The notes under the pieces are model-generated. The model was not told the DNA's origin and searched no databases. It worked only from the letters and a program-made list of their open reading frames with translations. A stretch of DNA of 64,000 nt from positions 7,130,001 through 7,194,000 of the forward strand of contig MU055785.1 of the NCBI GenBank assembly GCA_013239625.1. The letters are read 5' to 3'. Source of the DNA: Lama guanicoe. Lineage: Eukaryota. Below, piece by piece: positions 62,575 to 64,000 of this stretch (its first letter is position 1; each line of letters starts with the position of its first letter). Both the position numbers and the translations under genes were made by a program.

Positions 62575-64000
62575 GTTTTCCTGGATATTGCTACTTTATT
62601 GTTGCCTACATCATCACAAAGAACGGTGATGGGTGGTTCTGCATGCACCAGAGGGCAGGGAGGTGCTTACACGCGCCTGGAAGAGCATGTGCCCGGACTG
62701 GGGGCACCGTGAGCTAGCTGCATGCTGATTCCAGCGCCAATACCAGCGCTAGGCCTGGGTGACACAGCCAGCATGCTTTCTCCTACAGGCAACCATGAAA
62801 AGGAGGTGGGCTGAGAGTGGGCACCAAGGGGGCCACTGGGAAGAGAGAGGGTCAGTAGGGAAGATGGCAGCCAGGAAGCCATTGGCCATCTCGGAGAAGG
62901 TGGAAATACTAAGTACTCTGTGTCTAGAAAATGGTTATTCAAGGCGAGAAATCAGTGACTTCCCATGACTTGTCAAGGGAGCTAGGGGTGGAGGGCACTG
63001 AAATGGAAGGTTACAAGGTGTGTGGCTGGAGAAAGTGAGAGTTTCAGTGTCTGTCTGACGGCTTCTATAGATAATGATGGGATGTTGGACAGAGGGAGGT
63101 GATTTTCATGGGGTAAGACTTCCTGGAAATCCAGAGAAATCAAGCCATTCTCACAGGGCACTGAAGACTGACCCCAAAACTTACAACATTTGTCCCCGTT
63201 GCCTTTTCCTCCTTTAAAACATTTTTTATTTTGGAAGAAAGACTGAAGAATCCATGATGGGACAAAGCCTTTGGTGTCGGGATCTGTCACTCTGTAAAGT
63301 TTTAGATCCATGATGGGGATCTATACTCCCAACACAATGAAGTCGGTGCAAGAGAAGGAGAGAGAGGAGGGGGGGAGAGGGAGAGAGGGAGGGAGAGAGA
63401 GAGAGAGGGAGGGAGAGAGAGAGGGAGTGTCTCAGGGGCAGGGGGTGTCATTGATTCATTTAACTCAGAGCAAAGGAAAGAGAAAGGCTGGGGGCTTTGG
63501 GGAGGCCCCCTGCAACCCAGAACTCTGGTTTAAACACCTTGTGCACCCACGTGGGGAGGCCAGGGGCTGAGAAAGCCCCTCTCTGGGGCGTCTACACAGC
63601 TTGCAGGATGCTACCGTGCACCTGGGGCAGTGCCAGCAGCTGGCCTGAGACCCGCGAGGACACCAGCTCTGCCAACAGGAAAGGTGGGTGGTTACAGAAG
63701 CGCGGACCCATGTGGGAGTTCGGGTTCTGTTAGTTCCTAGGAGTTTGCTGGTTAGGCTGGTGAGGGGAGGCGAGGAGGTGAGGCTGTGTTAAGATACACT
63801 TTTTTGCTTTTGCTATTTTATCTCCTTAGGGAGGGAGAAAAGAGAAGGGGAGAGAGGTGAGAGGAGAGCAGAGAAGTGGGGGAAAAGAGGGCGAGTTCAG
63901 TGTGGTGCAGGGGCAGGGACTGGGAACGGGGAGGAGGAGGAGAGCGAAGGAGGGCTGGTGGAGGATGGGAGCTGTCTTCTGCTAGGAAGCAAACAGAAGA
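62575..64000 (-). other. Probable 3' UTR and poly(A) end of the upstream neighbour (RPH3A by conserved synteny)
   Basis: AATAAA on the minus strand at 62600-62595 followed by a U/GU-rich tract, in repeat-poor unique sequence. RPH3A lies immediately 5' of OAS1, co-oriented, in mammals. No coding exon was seen, so the identity is inferred only. Confidence 0.4.

Overview
Mammalian genomic DNA, most likely from a camelid, judging by the abundant GGGGAGGGTATAGCTCAGTGGTAGAG tRNA-Ala-type SINEs. It contains an unusually arranged 2'-5'-oligoadenylate synthetase locus with every gene on the minus strand. In transcriptional order (high to low coordinates): (1) the probable 3' end of an upstream gene (RPH3A by synteny); (2) OAS1 copy A, 5 exons, 348 aa, which ends at a stop created at the exon-5 donor and has no CaaX; (3) a fragment of a third OAS1 copy; (4) OAS1 copy B, 6 exons, 390 aa, ending in the CaaX box CVIL, with a CBX3 retrocopy in intron 2; (5) no OAS3; (6) an OAS2 pseudogene truncated after exon 3; (7) a POM121-like retro-pseudogene; (8) a degenerate OASL2 ubiquitin-like exon; (9) exons 1-3 of a catalytically inactive-type OASL that runs off the window start. 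Two points stand out. The OAS1 pair appears to split the prenylated and non-prenylated forms into separate genes, kept near-identical in exons 1-3 by gene conversion. The OAS and OASL loci, megabases apart and oppositely oriented in human, are joined here, which suggests an inversion that broke OAS2.
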